Assembly: GCA_963697025.1 (NCBI GenBank)
Contig: CAVOMM010000008.1
Span: 263,741-327,740, forward strand
Length of the DNA stretch: 64,000 nucleotides
Origin: an uncultured Alphaproteobacteria bacterium
GTDB taxonomy: Bacteria; Pseudomonadota; Alphaproteobacteria; Rhizobiales; Xanthobacteraceae
Direction of reading: 5' to 3'
Positions 50,902 to 58,651 of the stretch are shown here, in pieces (positions within the stretch are counted from its first letter, which is position 1; the number at the start of each line of letters is the position of its first letter). A program made the position numbers and the translations under genes. The notes beneath the pieces were generated by a model. That model did no database searches. It saw only the letters and a list, made by a program, of their open reading frames with translations, and was not told the origin of the DNA.

Positions 50902-51728
50902 GTTGCGGTTGGCTCTCAATCACCAGACCGCTAAGCTACATCCGATTATGCCACAGCCATAGTCGTAGTTGCGGTTGGCTCTCAATCACCAGACCGCTAA
51001 GCTGTTCATCGTGAGGCCGTTGCTGCCGCCGTAGTTGCGGTTGGCTCTCAATCACCAGACCGCTAAGCTGTCAATGCGGCGTACCGGCTGCAAGGGATGG
51101 TTGCGGTTGGCTCTCAATCACCAGACCGCTAAGCTGCCTTCGACGAGATGAAAAGCGCGATCGAGGTTGCGGTTGGCTCTCAATCACCAGACCGCTAAGC
51201 TAAGAACTTCAAGCTGGGCATCCGCGACGGGGTTGCGGTTGGCTCTCAATCACCAGACCGCTAAGCTCCAACTCGTGTGCGAGGGCCTCCCGCAGATGTT
51301 GCGGTTGGCTCTCAATCACCAGACCGCTAAGCTACCAACACCCAGGCCCGCCTCCCCATCGGCGTTGCGGTTGGCTCTCAATCACCAGACCGCTAAGCTC
51401 ATAGCGCGTGCCGGGCGACTCTCGCCAGTGTTGCGGTTGGCTCTCAATCACCAGACCGCTAAGCTCTGGGCAATGAGGTCCACCATGCCGGCGTAGTTGC
51501 GGTTGGCTCTCAATCACCAGACCGCTAAGCTGACCGCTACGCCGCGCTCGAGTCCGACGTGGTTGCGGTTGGCTCTCAATCACCAGACCGCTAAGCTCGC
51601 CATCCAAGGCGCCGACGGTGGAACAGGGTTGCGGTTGGCTCTCAATCACCAGACCGCTAAGCTCGTTGGCACTGCACATGTTAGCGGATCCTGTTGCGGT
51701 TGGCTCTCAATCACCAGACCGCTAAGCT
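50902..51728 (+). CRISPR. CRISPR array: 13 identical 36-bp repeats GTTGCGGTTGGCTCTCAATCACCAGACCGCTAAGCT, 12 spacers (eleven 30 bp, one 29 bp)
   Basis: Repeats start at 50902, 50968, 51034, 51100, 51166, 51232, 51298, 51364, 51430, 51496, 51562, 51628 and 51693. The plus strand is assigned because the tracrRNA anti-repeat (plus strand, 56496-56516) is complementary to the plus-strand repeat sequence. Confidence 0.97.
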
Positions 51729-51740
51729 CTCTATCTGCTT

Positions 51741-51766
51741 AAGGCCCTGGAAACGGGGCCTTTTTT
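51741..51766 (+). terminator. Rho-independent terminator after the last CRISPR repeat (AAGGCCCTG-GAAA-CGGGGCCTT + T-run)
   Basis: 9-bp stem including one G-U, a GAAA tetraloop, and a TTTTTT tract. It is 12 nt downstream of repeat 13 and oriented to stop plus-strand array transcripts before cas2. Confidence 0.6.
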
Positions 51767-51801
51767 CTTGATTGAGAGTATGAGCGACAAGCGCGGTCAA
51801 G

Positions 51802-52158
51802 TCAGAATAGGGCAAATTGCTCTGGGTTTTTTGGGCTCCGTTCACGGTTTCGGCCACGGTAGGTGTGGATATTCTCATATTGCTTATCCGTGATCGCAAG
51901 GATGTGCACTTTGCCAGCACTCGGCATTGCCTCCTCGATCCTGCGTTCGTAACTCTCGGCCTGTTCCTTTCCCGCGCAAAAGCGCAAGTAGACCGAATAT
52001 TGCGTCATTTCAAAACCGAGATCGAGGAGCTTCAATCGAAAGCGCGTCGCCGCCTTCCGCTCCTTGGCGGACCCTACGGGCAGATCGAAGAATACGCAGA
52101 GCCACATGATTCGATAACCCGATAAGGCGGCCGGAGCACCATTGCCACGCGCAGCCAC
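51802..52158 (-). CDS. cas2: CRISPR-associated endoribonuclease Cas2 (type II)
   Basis: LSGYRIMWLCVFFDLPVGSAKERKAATRFRLKLLDLGFEMTQYSVYLRF. The proposed GTG 52158 lies 2 nt after the cas1 stop; the track start at 52257 overlaps cas1. Confidence 0.85.
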   Translation of the reverse strand: MAARGNGAPAALSGYRIMWLCVFFDLPVGSAKERKAATRFRLKLLDLGFEMTQYSVYLRFCAGKEQAESYERRIEEAMPSAGKVHILAITDKQYENIHTYRGRNRERSPKNPEQFALF

Positions 52159-52160
52159 TC

Positions 52161-53060
52161 TCAGAACCCAAGCGGAAGTCCGGCCCGCGGGAAAACAAGC
52201 CGACCGACCTCCCCCGCGTAAGCCTTGGCGAGCGAATTGGCGAGCCGATCGAGACACGTCATCAATGGGCTCATTCCCTCTTCCGCCGGTAGATCAATCA
52301 CCATGATACGAGCGAGCGCGGCCTTGGCCTCGGAGGTGACCTCGGTGAGACCTTGCTCCTTGAGCCTGTGAACTTCGCGATCGACCAGCGGACGGAAGGG
52401 CTCCATCAGGTCGTCGATTAGGACGAACGAGTTGCCGCGGTTGGCATGCATCAACCCGAGGCTGGGATGCAATCCTGCCGCCATAACCGCACGCGCCGTG
52501 GCAGCCCGCAAAATGGCATAGCCGTAGTTCAGCAGACCGTTGACGCCGCTGCCATCGGTGTCGCGGCGAAACTCCCGTCCGAAAAGCAGTGGCCAGTATC
52601 TTCGCGCCGCTTCCGCCTCGACGTTCTGCGGGTCGCCCGGTCGCACCTTTCGTGCAAGCAGGCGGAAACCGCCAGCCTCGGCGCCGACCGTGGCCAACGT
52701 GGCGCCTTGCGCCAGGATCTTTGCTTGCACGATCTGCTGCCAAAGGCGCTTTTTCAGCGGGGCACTCGCCCGCGCCTGGTCGCTCATGCGGCCGGCCTGA
52801 GCATGATGGCCGTCGACCGGCCAAACCAAGGCGGCCGGCCGATGATTGGGTCCGCACAGCACGACCGGCACGCCGCGCGCCGCTAGTGTCACCATGAGAT
52901 TGTTCGAGTAGGTCAGGCCGTGCGCATTCGCGACGACGGCGGCAAGGTCGTCGAGCGGTATCCGGCCGACCTCCGCACCCTTCTCGGCGATGGTCAAAAA
53001 ACCACGCTCAACGGCCAAGTGCCGTCCATCCGTTGCGACCTCGACAACGCGTCCGACCAT
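52161..53060 (-). CDS. cas1: CRISPR-associated endonuclease Cas1 (type II)
   Basis: 299 aa with NGLLNYGYAILRAATARAVMAAGLHPSLGLMHANRGNSFVLIDDLMEPFRPLVD, which covers the Cas1 catalytic-core region. Confidence 0.95.
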   Translation of the reverse strand: MVGRVVEVATDGRHLAVERGFLTIAEKGAEVGRIPLDDLAAVVANAHGLTYSNNLMVTLAARGVPVVLCGPNHRPAALVWPVDGHHAQAGRMSDQARASAPLKKRLWQQIVQAKILAQGATLATVGAEAGGFRLLARKVRPGDPQNVEAEAARRYWPLLFGREFRRDTDGSGVNGLLNYGYAILRAATARAVMAAGLHPSLGLMHANRGNSFVLIDDLMEPFRPLVDREVHRLKEQGLTEVTSEAKAALARIMVIDLPAEEGMSPLMTCLDRLANSLAKAYAGEVGRLVFPRAGLPLGF

Positions 53061-53144
53061 CGCGGCCTACGTCTGTTGCGTCCATCCGCGCATCCGCGCA
53101 GATTGGAAGGTTGCGGCGAAGTCAGGCCGCGAGCAACGATTGCG

Positions 53145-56100
53145 TTAGCCTTTGGTTAACGCCTCTGTCTGAATGCGCCACGGGCGGCCGAGTTCATCAA
53201 CGCGGACTGGGACCGCGCCCATAGCTTTGAGCGTGCCGTATGAGGCCATCAGCCAGCGGAACGGGTCGATCTCATTGTCCGTCGCGTGCCGGCGATCCAG
53301 ATTGCCAGTCTCGTTATGCGGTGCGAGTTTGAATTGTCGTGCCGCCGCGTCGAGACGGTGAACCACCATGATTTCGGTCTTGCCATCGTTCTCAAGCCGG
53401 ATGAGATCGCCTTTGTGGACACGCATGACAAGCTTGGCATGCGGTTGCTCCTGTCGCCAACGCGGTCCGTTGCCGATTTGGTTGGCGTCGAAACGACGCA
53501 CCGCCTCGCCGTTCCATCTTCCATCTGGCGTCTCAAATATCTCGATGCAAAAATTCTCGCCGGCTGAATAGGCTTTATATGGCGCACCGGTTCGCCGATC
53601 GCGCACTGCCACGAGATATTCGGCCTTCTCAGGTTTTAGCAAGCGCACCCGACGCAGGCCGTGCCTGATGTGCGGGTCGTCGGTCTTGGCGTGCAGCTTG
53701 CGCAACGCATCCGCAAGCGCAATGCCGTTGGCTTTTTCGGCAGTGACATGCGCATGCACCATGTCACGCAGCCGGCGGTCGCGAATGCGCCCGATCTCGT
53801 TCTCATTGAGCGCCTCGATGGGCTTTCGATAGACCAGGTTCGCACCCTCCATTTCCGGCTCCTTCACAAAACCGTAGGCGGTATCCTCGTGGAGTTTGCC
53901 CCCAATGCCATGGTCGGGCTTGTGCGAGACCACCATCCGTTCGAGAGCCGCCTTGAGGTCTTCGCGCAGCTTTTCCTTGTCCCAAGGCGTCGGTATTTCG
54001 ATCTTTTCCCGCTCGTCGTCATAGGCATTCGCCATCTTCCACAACAGCGAACGGTCGGTGAGCGCAGCCACCAAGCCGTCGATGGCATGATGGCGGTGAT
54101 CCGCGCGGTTCTTGACGCCGGAAAATTCCATGGCGTCGGTCGCCGCCAGAAAGTCTTCGGCTTTGTCCTGCACGCCGGCATAGTTATGGTCCGGCAAGAG
54201 GGAATTGAGACCCCACTTACCGCGGATCATCGACGTGAGCCGGCCCGGCACGACCCAGATGTTGTAGGGATTGGTTACAGCGCCGAGATATTGTTTGGCC
54301 AACCTTGCTAGCCATCCGGTCTCGTTGAGTTGGCGGTTGAGAAATCCGCCTCTTTTCTCAAACTGCTCGCGGGCGTCGGCATCGAAGCGCCAGCGCTTGT
54401 TCTTGGGCAGCAACGCCGCACGCGCGGCAATCTCGTCCCATCGGTAGGTAAAGCCATCGATCGTTGGGTTCGACCCGAACGCTTTGTAGGGCCACTGTTT
54501 ACGCTTGGCGCGGTTTGCATAGCGCATGCAGACCGTCTTGTTCGCCGCGCTGTCGTCGAGGCTTTCCTTGAACGGAGCCAGATGCTCGATTTCGACCTCG
54601 TCGGACATCAGTCGGGCAAGCCCGATCTGTTCGCCAGTGAATGGACACTTGCGATCGAGCGAATCCCGGGGATTTAATTCTTCCCACAATCGCATCTTGA
54701 GCATATTGCGCGGCGAAGCTGGCAGGCCATGCTCTGCAAGGTCCTTGGCGCGGGCCTCGTTTCTTTCCTGATTGCGCTGCTGTTGGCGCTGATACTCTAT
54801 TTTTTCTCGCGGAGACAGCTTGAGGGCGCGAGTAAATTCGATGGCGATTTCGGTTGGGGGACCGAAGTCGTCGATCAGGCCGTTGACCAGACGGCGGAGC
54901 TGGCCGAGCCCGATGTGGACTGTGGGATTTGGCAGCCGACCGAAGCGCTTCTCATTGGGTTCGCGTTTGTCGCCGCTGCCAACAACCGCGTCGGACAGCC
55001 ATTCACCGTAATAGGGCAACTTGTCGAGTATTTCGCCGGTCGGCAGCTTGGCGTGATCGCCGAATATTTCTGTGGCGGCTTCGTCGTAACGCAGGCCGCC
55101 TTCCATCAACGGCAGGAGCTTCTTGATGGCGCGCAGTCCGAGCCTGCAATGACCGTCTGGCAATGCCGCATCGGCGATTTTTTCGGCTCTCTCTGCATCG
55201 ACGTTGCATTTGCCTTTCAGCCACAGCGCCAGTTCGATTTCATCGGCCTCGTTGAGCAATTGCTCAATGATCGCGATCTGCCGTTCGACGTCAAGACCGC
55301 GCCAAGTTTTACCAAATAGCGCCTTGTGCGAGAGCCGTGCCGCGGTCTCGTCCCCATTGAGCACCTGGCGCCGCTCGGACTCCAGGTTGAATTTTGCTTC
55401 GGCGGGAAGTTTAAGGAGCGTTCGCAGCTTGTCGAATTTCACTTCCTTGTTCTGCAGCAAAGCGAGCGCGACAAGGTCGCCTTGCTCTTTTGTCAGTTTC
55501 CTCATTGTCCGGCCGGCTTGGCCGACTTCGAGATTGCGCGCCTCCTGATAGATACGGAAGCGCTGCGTGAGCGGATGCGCCCACGGGCATCGGTAGCCTT
55601 CCGGGTCTTTCTCGAACGGCTCCGTTGCCGGATCAAGTGAGCACTTTCCGACCGGCGGCTGTTTCAAGGGGCGTTGATAGAAGATGATTTTGCTTATCTG
55701 TTCTTCCGCGGCTTCCGTCATCGTGGGGTGGTGAGGCGCTTGCGCAGTCCAGATCGCGTCGAACTCGGATTGCAGCAGGTCGCGCGTCGGATAGAAGTCG
55801 TAGGTCGCCTTGGGACCGCTCGACGTGTTACGGGCGCGCACGCCTTCGCGCTTGCGGTGACGGTGCCACAGGAATTCTCCAAGCGTGCGAGCATTCTCAG
55901 CCTGCATCGCTTCCTTGAGCCTGCTTGCGCCCTGCTTGATCGCGCCTTTGTCGTCCTCCTTCTTGTCCGCCTTGCGATTGGAGAGGAAACCGCGGCGCTG
56001 ATTGAGATGGAAAAGTGTCCGCCCGATATGGTGAGCGGGTAGGGGACTATCGAGAGCGTTCGCGCGCAGCTCGTAGGGATCGAACGCCTCCAGCGCCTTT

Positions 56101-56411
56101 CGCTCTTTCGCGTCCTCCGGCATCAGACCATGACCGACGAGTGCATCCATCAATTCGGTGCGGCGGCCGAAATATCGATCAGCGAAACGGTCGCGGCGTC
56201 TGCGGGCACTTCGGGCGGTGCGGCGGTCGACGGCGTTCGACGTTCCCGATTGCGGGTCGCGCCCGTCGGGAAAGACGCGCACCCCACCGCGGCCGAGACT
56301 GGTCGGCCGCCAGTGATCGCCATTGCGTTCCAACAAAACCGTGAACCAACCGAGCGAGTTTGTCCCAAGGTCCAGGCCCAGACGATACGGTCGTGCCATA
56401 TTATGAGCCAT
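53145..56411 (-). CDS. cas9: Type II-C CRISPR-associated endonuclease Cas9 (1088 aa from ATG 56411)
   Basis: RuvC-I YRLGLDLGTNSLGW; Arg-rich bridge helix RRTARSARRRRDRFADR; RuvC-II EIAIEFTRAL; HNH EVEIEHLAPFKESLDDSAANKTVCMRYANRAKRKQWPY; RuvC-III DHRHHAIDGLVAAL. GAGGG RBS 5 nt before ATG 56411. Confidence 0.95.
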   Translation of the reverse strand: MAHNMARPYRLGLDLGTNSLGWFTVLLERNGDHWRPTSLGRGGVRVFPDGRDPQSGTSNAVDRRTARSARRRRDRFADRYFGRRTELMDALVGHGLMPEDAKERKALEAFDPYELRANALDSPLPAHHIGRTLFHLNQRRGFLSNRKADKKEDDKGAIKQGASRLKEAMQAENARTLGEFLWHRHRKREGVRARNTSSGPKATYDFYPTRDLLQSEFDAIWTAQAPHHPTMTEAAEEQISKIIFYQRPLKQPPVGKCSLDPATEPFEKDPEGYRCPWAHPLTQRFRIYQEARNLEVGQAGRTMRKLTKEQGDLVALALLQNKEVKFDKLRTLLKLPAEAKFNLESERRQVLNGDETAARLSHKALFGKTWRGLDVERQIAIIEQLLNEADEIELALWLKGKCNVDAERAEKIADAALPDGHCRLGLRAIKKLLPLMEGGLRYDEAATEIFGDHAKLPTGEILDKLPYYGEWLSDAVVGSGDKREPNEKRFGRLPNPTVHIGLGQLRRLVNGLIDDFGPPTEIAIEFTRALKLSPREKIEYQRQQQRNQERNEARAKDLAEHGLPASPRNMLKMRLWEELNPRDSLDRKCPFTGEQIGLARLMSDEVEIEHLAPFKESLDDSAANKTVCMRYANRAKRKQWPYKAFGSNPTIDGFTYRWDEIAARAALLPKNKRWRFDADAREQFEKRGGFLNRQLNETGWLARLAKQYLGAVTNPYNIWVVPGRLTSMIRGKWGLNSLLPDHNYAGVQDKAEDFLAATDAMEFSGVKNRADHRHHAIDGLVAALTDRSLLWKMANAYDDEREKIEIPTPWDKEKLREDLKAALERMVVSHKPDHGIGGKLHEDTAYGFVKEPEMEGANLVYRKPIEALNENEIGRIRDRRLRDMVHAHVTAEKANGIALADALRKLHAKTDDPHIRHGLRRVRLLKPEKAEYLVAVRDRRTGAPYKAYSAGENFCIEIFETPDGRWNGEAVRRFDANQIGNGPRWRQEQPHAKLVMRVHKGDLIRLENDGKTEIMVVHRLDAAARQFKLAPHNETGNLDRRHATDNEIDPFRWLMASYGTLKAMGAVPVRVDELGRPWRIQTEALTKG

Positions 56412-56479
56412 CGCAGCCCTCGTGCGAATTCTCGTTGACGAAGGCATCAAACCATCTCACACTTACTACGTGCAAGCGT

Positions 56480-56580
56480 CTCGGGAACCGAAAGACTTAG
56501 CGGTCTGGTGATTGAGGGCCTCCCGTTAACAAGCGAATGCACAAAATGGGGCGGGCTGCGGCCCGCCCCTTCCTATTTCG
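56480..56580 (+). ncRNA. Predicted tracrRNA (anti-repeat 56493-56530, terminator hairpin 56548-56569)
   Basis: CTTAGCGGTCTGGTGATTGAG (56496-56516) is the perfect reverse complement of repeat nt 14-34. Pairing continues with bulges to repeat nt 1 (..GGCCTCCCGTTAAC), followed by AAGCG.. and GGGGCGGGC-TGCG-GCCCGCCCC + TTCCTATTTCG. The 5' and 3' ends are not defined; an alternative 3' end lies at the weak hairpin + T5 at 56592-56616. Confidence 0.75.
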
Positions 56581-56644
56581 TTATCCGGTTTTGCGCCCGG
56601 ACACTCGCGCATTTTTCCCTGGGTTTCGCTTCGCTCAACCCAGG

Positions 56645-57439
56645 CTATGGAATGCTCACATTATCGATCAACCGCATCGTCCCGATCCGTGCCGCCACCA
56701 GAAGCCGGATCGGCTCAACCGCCGACGCGGCGAGCGGCGCGAGCGTCTCGGCGTTGCGGGCTTCGAGGTAATCTAGCGCGAAGCCGGCGCGGGTAATCGC
56801 TTCCCGGCCGTCGTCGAGCACGGCCTCGACCGGGCCCCCGGCCTTGATCCGCCCGGCGCACTCCTTGAGCACGCGATAAAGCGCCGGCGCCGCGGCGCGT
56901 TCGTCCGGCGTGAGGTAGCGGTTGCGCGACGACAGCGCCAGGCCGTCCTTTTCGCGCACGATCGGCGCAGCGACGATGCGGGTCTTTAGCCCCAGATCGC
57001 GGGCAAGCCGGGTGACCACTTTGAGCTGCTGGTAGTCTTTCTCGCCGAACAGCGCGATATCCGGTTCGCATTGGATCAAAAGTTTGGCGACCACGGTCGC
57101 CACGCCGGCGAAGAAATGCGGCCGGAAAGCGTCTTCGAGGCCGGCCGTGGCCGAGCCTTCGGGCACAATTCGGGTGGCAAAGCCTTCCGGGTACATGGTT
57201 TCGACCGACGGCGCCCAGACGAGGTCGGCCTTCAGCTCCTTGAGTGCGGCAAGGTCGGCGGACCAGGTGCGCGGATAGGTGCGCAAATCTTCGTTTGGCG
57301 CAAACTGCGTCGGGTTGACGAAGATCGAGACGATGACCCGGTCGGCGCGGGCTTGCGCGATCTTCACCAGCGCAAAATGGCCGGCGTGCAAGGCGCCCAT
57401 GGTCGGCACCAGCGCAATGCTGCGCCGCCGCGCGCGCAA
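56645..57439 (-). CDS. panC: Pantoate-beta-alanine ligase
   Basis: [32 protein letters not shown], and SSRN motifs. Only a TTG start at 57439 is in frame (see findings). Confidence 0.9.
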   Translation of the reverse strand: MRARRRSIALVPTMGALHAGHFALVKIAQARADRVIVSIFVNPTQFAPNEDLRTYPRTWSADLAALKELKADLVWAPSVETMYPEGFATRIVPEGSATAGLEDAFRPHFFAGVATVVAKLLIQCEPDIALFGEKDYQQLKVVTRLARDLGLKTRIVAAPIVREKDGLALSSRNRYLTPDERAAAPALYRVLKECAGRIKAGGPVEAVLDDGREAITRAGFALDYLEARNAETLAPLAASAVEPIRLLVAARIGTMRLIDNVSIP

Positions 57440-57660
57440 TTCGGCAATCGCGCGGCGTAAGTTCGGCGATGTGCGTATGACTCGGGGATGACTTTTGGAC
57501 TTTCCGTGATTTCATCTTTACCAGTTGCAGCGCGGGCACACCGTTGCGTTTTCGGCGACGCACGCGCGGTTAATGATTAACTTCGGCAAGCCGATGCTGT
57601 ATCTTGACCGCACACGTTGCAATCCGGAAAAATAGTTGCAGCGTAGGGGCCGCGTATCCC

Positions 57661-58584
57661 ATGTTGATGCAGGCTGATGTCGGCAGGCCGTCTTCGGCGC
57701 ATGTCATCGTCCTTGGCAACGAAAAAGGCGGCTCCGGCAAATCGACCACGGCCATGCATGTCGCCGTCGCGCTGCTGCAAGCCGGGCAGCGGGTCGCCAC
57801 CATAGACCTCAATTCGCGGCAGAAAAGCTTCACCCATTACATCGAAAATCGCCGCGATTGGGCGCGGCGCGGGGGCGTCAAGCTCGAGGTCCCGGCCCAT
57901 TATTGCGTCGCCCGCGGGTTCGGCGCGCGGCTCGACGAGATCGAAGCCCAGGAATTCGCGGCCTTTGCCGAGGCCATCGGCGCGGTCGAGCAAACCCATG
58001 ATTTCGTCGTTATCGATACGCCGGGCAACAATTCCTACCTGATGCGGCTTGCCCATTCGATGGCGGATACGCTGATCACGCCCTTGAACGACAGCTTTGT
58101 CGATTTCGACGTGCTCGGCACCATCGATCAGAGTACGTTCGAAGTGGCCGGAGTGAGCCATTACGCCGAGATGGTGCGCGAGGCGCGGCGGCAGCGCCGC
58201 CTCGTCGATGGCGGCCTTACCGACTGGATCGTGGTGCGCAACCGCCTCTCCAGCCTCGGCTCGCGCAACCGGCGGCTAGTCGGGGAGGGGGTTGAGGGCC
58301 TGGCCAGACAGCTCGGCTTCCGCGCCATCGAGGGCTTTGCCGAACGCGTTGTTTACCGGGAGTTCTTTCCCCGCGGCCTGACCGCGCTCGACGATTTGAA
58401 CGAAGATACCCTCGGCGCGCGGCCCTCGACGTCGCACGTCACCGCCCGCGACGAGGTGAAGATGCTGATCGACGCGCTGCGGCTACCGATCGATGAACGC
58501 GGCAAGCGCCGCGCCGCGGCCCGCGCCGAGTGGATCGCTGCCGCGGGCAAGCCGCTCGAGACCCACGATCTGTTGGCCGATTGA
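57661..58584 (+). CDS. mipZ: Division-plane positioning ATPase MipZ (ParA/MinD superfamily)
   Basis: HVIVLGNEKGGSGKSTTAMHVAVALL..G.RVATIDLNSRQKSFTHYIENRR.W...IDTPG......RLAHSMADTLITPLNDSFVDFDVLG closely follows the Caulobacter MipZ pattern. Divergent from panC. Confidence 0.85.
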   Translation: MLMQADVGRPSSAHVIVLGNEKGGSGKSTTAMHVAVALLQAGQRVATIDLNSRQKSFTHYIENRRDWARRGGVKLEVPAHYCVARGFGARLDEIEAQEFAAFAEAIGAVEQTHDFVVIDTPGNNSYLMRLAHSMADTLITPLNDSFVDFDVLGTIDQSTFEVAGVSHYAEMVREARRQRRLVDGGLTDWIVVRNRLSSLGSRNRRLVGEGVEGLARQLGFRAIEGFAERVVYREFFPRGLTALDDLNEDTLGARPSTSHVTARDEVKMLIDALRLPIDERGKRRAAARAEWIAAAGKPLETHDLLAD

Positions 58585-58651
58585 GGCCATTGCGCGGCCT
58601 GCGGTCCAGCGCCACCTTAGGACCGGTTCGTACGGCTTTAAGGTCCCTTCG

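Noticed and set aside
44746-50923. ORFs 44746-45894 (-), 46198-47208 (-), 48444-49514 (-) and 49358-50923 (-)
   Set aside because: They are opposite-strand shadows of the membrane protein, carboxylase, dioxygenase and binding-protein genes.
51268-51297. Spacer 6 shares a 12-nt identity (GAGGGCCTCCCG) with the tracrRNA anti-repeat region at 56514-56525
   Set aside because: Only 12 GC-rich nucleotides match, with no extension on either side. This is far below what Cas9 targeting needs and is plausibly chance in 65 percent GC DNA. It is worth a glance only if spacer BLAST hits other CRISPR loci.
50832-51742. ORFs 50832-51014, 51167-51496, 51332-51679 and 51497-51742, which encode repeated LRLALNHQTAKL / LSGLVIESQPQ peptides
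   Set aside because: They are translations of the 36-bp CRISPR repeats. The periodicity of 66 nt is a multiple of 3, which keeps the frames open. They are not genes.
53061-53144. GGTTGCGGCG in the cas9-cas1 intergenic spacer resembles the repeat 5' end (GTTGCGGTTGG)
   Set aside because: The match is only 7-8 nt, has no adjacent spacer-repeat periodicity, and is consistent with chance.
56412-56450. 13-codon N-terminal extension of cas9 in the ORF track; similarly 52159-52257 for cas2
   Set aside because: ATG 56411 has a GAGGG RBS at proper spacing, while the extension has none. The cas2 extension overlaps the cas1 coding end, and a GTG 2 nt after the cas1 stop fits the conserved LSGYRIMW N-terminal region.
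56618-56644. Hairpin CCTGGGTT-N11-AACCCAGG immediately after the panC stop
   Set aside because: There is no U-tract on the panC (minus) strand. It may be a weak stabilising structure, but I cannot support calling it a terminator.
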